Below are positions 59,137 to 64,000 of a stretch of 64,000 bases of DNA, one piece after another (the first letter of the stretch is position 1; each line of letters begins with the position of its first letter). The DNA is from Owenia fusiformis (taxonomy: Eukaryota): the NCBI GenBank assembly GCA_903813345.2, contig CAIIXF020000001.1, positions 32,426,001-32,490,000 on the forward strand, in the 5' to 3' direction. A program made the position numbers and the translations under genes. The notes under the pieces were generated by a model, which was given only the letters and a program-made list of their open reading frames with translations, made no database searches and was not told the DNA's origin.

Positions 59137-60083
59137 TTCATATTCGGAAGTCATACCATGGACTATTACTTTAAAGTTTGAAATCTGACATTCCCATGTT
59201 AAACCAATGGGAACTGATAGCTTTGTCGCAAGTCATATTACAGAATATCCAACTATCTGAGTTCTTTCAAAAAATACAAGTTAGGTAAAGAATCGAATTT
59301 GCAAACTTTGTTTAACAAAAAATGATTTTTTTCTCCACGTTCAACAAAGTTATAGATCTCCAAAGTTAAAATTATTTTCAAGAAACCTCTCCCATTCATT
59401 CTGGTATGCCAGAGCCCCTCTTATCTGCCGTTTGCACTTTGGAAGGATAAAGACAAAGGGGGCGCGGCTATCGCGATGTCTCCCATTGAAATAACACAGG
59501 AGACGAATAACGTTTTTCAAAAATAGCTCTGTAACTATAATGTTCACAAAGGAAACTTAACACTTAACGTGCAAAAAAGTTAGACATTTCAATTTTCTAT
59601 ATACAAATATTTTTTGTCGAAGCGTTTACTGAATAGATATCCAGAAATCTTATTTGCCCCAAACGCATCGTTGGTTTACATGAGAATGACAATTTCCAAA
59701 AAACGCATCAAATTTGTCATCAATTTTCGGCCTAAAAATTGGGAAAATTTTAGAGGCGTTGCACATGAAGTCAAGTTACATTTCCACCTTTTATATATCA
59801 TTAGCATTTTCATCGCCGGTTATGTAAACACAATTCAAGCATAAAGAGGCTTTAACACGTAGTCCAATGAGGGAGATTGCCAAACTTATGAATGGGAGTG
59901 TAATATGATTTTTAAGCGACAAAAGTGATACGATTTATGGACAGCAAATATGACATATAATCTTGATTTTTGGATAGTAAATGTTACATTTTAATGATCT
60001 CATATGATTTCCAGACTGCAAATTTGACATTGACCTTTTCGTGGCCTCAAAAATTGGATGGAGTATTATACAGTATGTACGTG

Positions 60084-60279
60084 CAGGCCCGTAGCCAGGG
60101 GGGGGGGGGGGGGTTCGGGCGAATCCCCCCCCTGGCCAAAATTTCTTTCAAAATCATGCAGTTTTTCACCATTCTGACCATTTTTTGTGTGATTTTTGGC
60201 CAAATATGCCAAAGTGACCCCCCCCCTAGAAGTTTTGGGAAAAGTGAACCCCCCTTGAAAAATTCTGGCTACGGGCCTG
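60084..60279. mobile_element. hAT-like MITE with 5-bp TSD
   Basis: caggcccgtagccag / ctggctacgggcctg. acgtg at 60079-60083 and 60280-60284. Confidence 0.85.
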
Positions 60280-62138
60280 ACGTGTTTAAGTTAATCTCTG
60301 ACTCTTTAGGAAGTTAACTATGATATTCACCTGCCATGACCTATTTACTATTTACTACTCAATAAGAGGATATGGTTTGTACCTTTCTTGCATGATTGCT
60401 ATAGTTTTGTTAAGTAAATGTAGCATGGTCATGTTATACATTACTTACATGTACCTTCCCATGTAGAATGGCGTGGATTGAGAGATCGGGAACGATGACC
60501 CCAATACAGTGATTCGGGTGGTCAATGTAATATCGACCCTTTTTCAACGGACCTTGAACTATATCGGGGATCATGAAACAGGGTGGGCGAGACCCGTCCA
60601 TCTTTTATTAACATAAATTACAATAATAGTTTTCCGTAATTTACTAATTAGGCGTTTTATAATTTTCTTGGAAGCATTTTTATCCTTTGGATATTTTCTA
60701 ACAGGAGTAGTTTTTAATAAAGCTTTAAATAAAGGACCATGTGACGTATTGCAAGTGATTTTAGACGGTCATATCTTTCACCATGAGTGCTTTCTGGCCA
60801 TAAATACAGTGGTTTTTGATAAAACAATATGTTTTCTTTCAAGGGAATTCCCAAAGATAGTAACACATCAATCAAACTCTGAAAAATTATGGATAAGGAC
60901 CTCACCTTGGCACTTTTATAAAAATGTTAGGCTTATTTTTTAAAAAGAGCATATTGTTTTTCTCAATTTAAACAAATCAAAAGTTTCTTCTACAATATAT
61001 TAGCAATTCATGAAAAGGATATGGCGTTTGAAATGCGCTATAGTTAAAAATCACTTATCCCATGTTATTTTCCCTTTGGGAAAACTAATGCTATCCATTG
61101 TTTTTTCAGCATTATTTTGGTAATCTTCAAAATTATACTTTCAATACCGCGACCCCTTGTTGAATAATCTTTTCATGCAATAAAAATCACAAAAAGAAGA
61201 TCCTCTTTTGAGTAAATAGGTTGAAATATGTTTATTTACAAATAAATATCTAACTGAAATGATTTTTCGCTCTATGATAAGATAGTGTTCCCTAAAGATG
61301 TATAATTGGATTTTTTCACAATTTCAGTTTTTCATAAATTGTGATTATTCATTATAATTGGGGTACCGTTTTGCATATTTGTCTAACTGCCCGTATGAAA
61401 TTATCCTGACATGTGTTTAACCAAGATTTCAGAGCAATCGTTTTTCTTGCTAGATTCACACCGCATTACTTTCTTTCATTCGAATATAATTGTTTAACGA
61501 ACAATAAACTTTGGTATTCAATACAATATGGAGTGAAAACAGATACACTTTAATTATTACGCTGCTGGAAATCGTCCGCTAACGAGCCAGAGAATCTTTC
61601 CTTCTATTAATTAATTTAGGGAGAATCTTCACGGCTGGTGCTTTGAAGTCATTCATGTGAACTAGTAGCCAAATCGCGCAGAAAACGTGCCCACGAGATG
61701 TCGAAAATTGGCTCCACCAAACAACAGAAATTTTACAGTATTTAGGCCACTAAGACACATAGTTGCTTCCCTGGGGTTTATTACGGGATTGCACCACTGT
61801 TCTTTTTCAGAAAATAGTTTGGCCAGAGGCAAAATTTGGTCTCACAAGTCGCTTGTATCTTGGACAGTGTTTAATCTGGTATTTGAAAAACGAGTCTGAC
61901 TGATGGACACAGGAATGTTTACAATCTTTTCGAATGAGGTCTTATGGAATTGGAATCAGGCCAATGTCGCTTTTGAAGCAACACACAGAGAACCTCATAT
62001 GTGAGATTCCATGCTCAATGTCTATTCCATGCTCAATGTAACTACAAACATGAATATATAGAGATTATCCTATATGAGGTTCAGGATAGTGGGATTATCC
62101 CGTGGCCAATATAATATATCTGCCCGAGGGCATATATA

Positions 62139-63244
62139 TAGTAGCCCGGACAGAATTGTTCAATGGTCACTTTTTCTTTAATAACTTTTTTAATTTTCAG
62201 TATTATCAAAATCTGATCACATATTTGAAAACTAGAGTAAAATTCTGACATACAAAAAAATATTTAAGGAACATCTCTTAATTTATTGATATTATAGGCG
62301 TTCATAGTATGACTGACACAAATATATAATTCATCCTTTTGCCTCATATTTGTTCAAAATGGCGGCATATTTTGGGAATTTGAATGTTCAGTTGAAAGTT
62401 GATATTTAAAGATTGTCATTGGACTAAAGGGCCATGCTGCCACAGTTATAATCCTGATGTAATGCAGCAACTGACCATTTATCAAAAACAAGAAGTTAAC
62501 TCCCTCCAAGGGTATTATGATATCAGCTCTATTGAAATGTTAGGGGTTGTGTTCAAGAGGATGTGAAAAGGTGGCGCCCCAATGTGCGAGTTGTGTAGAG
62601 AGTAGGTCCTCAATCCTTTCAAGAGCTCCAAACAGCCATCTCAGAGGCCATTGAAAAGCTGAAGAACAATTCACATGCATGCCAAGGATGGGTTAAAAGG
62701 CATGTGATTGGGAAATACATTACAAACTGTGGCAGTATGACCCTATAGTTGCACAGATTAACAAACTAGGGTTGCTAATCCACTACGAGTAACAATGGAA
62801 TGGCCAACATAAGTCCTGCGACCTTACCAATATACTGTACATACAATGTACAAACCTTTTTAAGTATTTGTATACATACAAGTCAATTGAAAACAAAAGG
62901 TTATAAATGCAGTCATTACCTCATACCAAGGCAGCAGCCATGATTTCGTAGGCCTATGAGTTATGACATTTCTTAAATATTAGCTGTCAACTGAACATTC
63001 AAACCACAAAACATGCCACCATTTTTGAACAAATATGAGACAAAATGGTGAATTATGTATTTGCATCACTCATACTATGAACGTCTATAATATCAATAAA
63101 TTAAGAGATGTTCCTTAAATATTTTTTTTGTATGTCAGAATTTTACTCTAGTTTTCAAATATGTAATCAGATTTTGATAAGACTGAAAATTAAAAAAGTT
63201 ATTAAAGAAAAAGTGACCATTGAACAATTCTGTCCGGGCTACTA
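62139..63244. mobile_element. Tc1-like MITE with ~290-bp TIRs and TA TSD, nested in a small palindromic element (~62078-63287)
   Basis: tagtagcccggacagaattgttcaatggtcac.. and its reverse complement. The outer arms ggttcaggata..ggccaatataatata are inverted around it. Confidence 0.85.
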
Positions 63245-63745
63245 TATATTATATTGGCCAAGGGATAATCCTAATATCCTGAACCGACCATAGGATGATC
63301 TGTTTATCCCATACCACGCTTGGTCATTTCACAGTTCAGAAAGTTCAACCAACCGTGGAAATATTTTAGAATATTCATGTCCAGTTTTGTTTTCTTGGCC
63401 ATGGCCGAGTTTTCCTGTTCTTTCAGTTTTTTATTCATCCACATTTATTTTCTCGAATTTTTATCATTAACAGGATGCTCCTTCCCTTCCCATCGAACAG
63501 ATCGCGATGTCTGCGTTTTTCTTCATTGTCGTTTACAGTTATCATACGAATATTACAAAAAATGAACCAATATGCGAACGGCGATTATGATGTAGCGGGC
63601 AGATATACTATATCTGCCCGCTCGGAGCGGGACGTAAAGCTATATCTATATTTCATTTTTGCAAAACACCTGTTTTTGCAGCATTCACTCATTTCACAAC
63701 ACTTTTTGTCTTCGGATTAAGCCCATTGTGCATACAGCATTGTGG

Positions 63746-64000
63746 CTAACTGCATTCCCTCCACTCAGGACAATGACTATTTGAGATTAAACTTTGAAAC
63801 TGACTCATCATTTCATGGTGTTTTTCATGATTCAATATTATAGCTCCCATTGTCTGAGGAACTCCATATAAGACGCGCATGATGATGATTCGCTCAATCA
63901 CGCCATCACATTCTGGATGGTAAACGATCCATAAGTCTACATACACACCACGTTGACTCATGTTTCACTATTGCGCTTACTATATAGCATGTGAGAAAAA
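63746..64000 (-). pseudogene. Decayed LTR-retrotransposon integrase relic (tentative)
   Basis: Minus-strand YHPECDGVIER resembles the integrase YHPQxDGxxER motif. Confidence 0.4.

Overview
AT-rich, repeat-dense animal genomic DNA with spliceosomal introns. It is probably from a marine invertebrate such as a lophotrochozoan, but the species cannot be determined from sequence alone. From left to right: (1) the right-hand ~6 kb of a Polinton/Maverick-type element, with a zinc-finger-fused packaging ATPase, a small basic ORF, two satellite arrays and an ACTACT terminus. (2) Four divergent, co-oriented exons (6.5-19.3 kb), each encoding almost a whole double hot-dog, acyl-ACP-thioesterase-like enzyme and each starting at the same phase-1 Gly splice acceptor. 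At least two have no recognisable intact first exon of their own, so they may be alternative terminal exons; this is the best candidate for an undescribed system. (3) A 5'-truncated L1/Tx1 LINE and many nested MITE/foldback elements, including a CAC..GTG MITE with a 5-bp TSD (Transib-like). (4) A very young 8.9-kb Ty3/Gypsy element with 966-bp LTRs, a chromodomain integrase, no normal Gag start, and a possible degenerate second pol/PPT. (5) A three-exon hairy/HES gene ending in WRPW. (6) A deleted mariner and further MITEs. All calls come from reading motifs by eye; no database searches were run.
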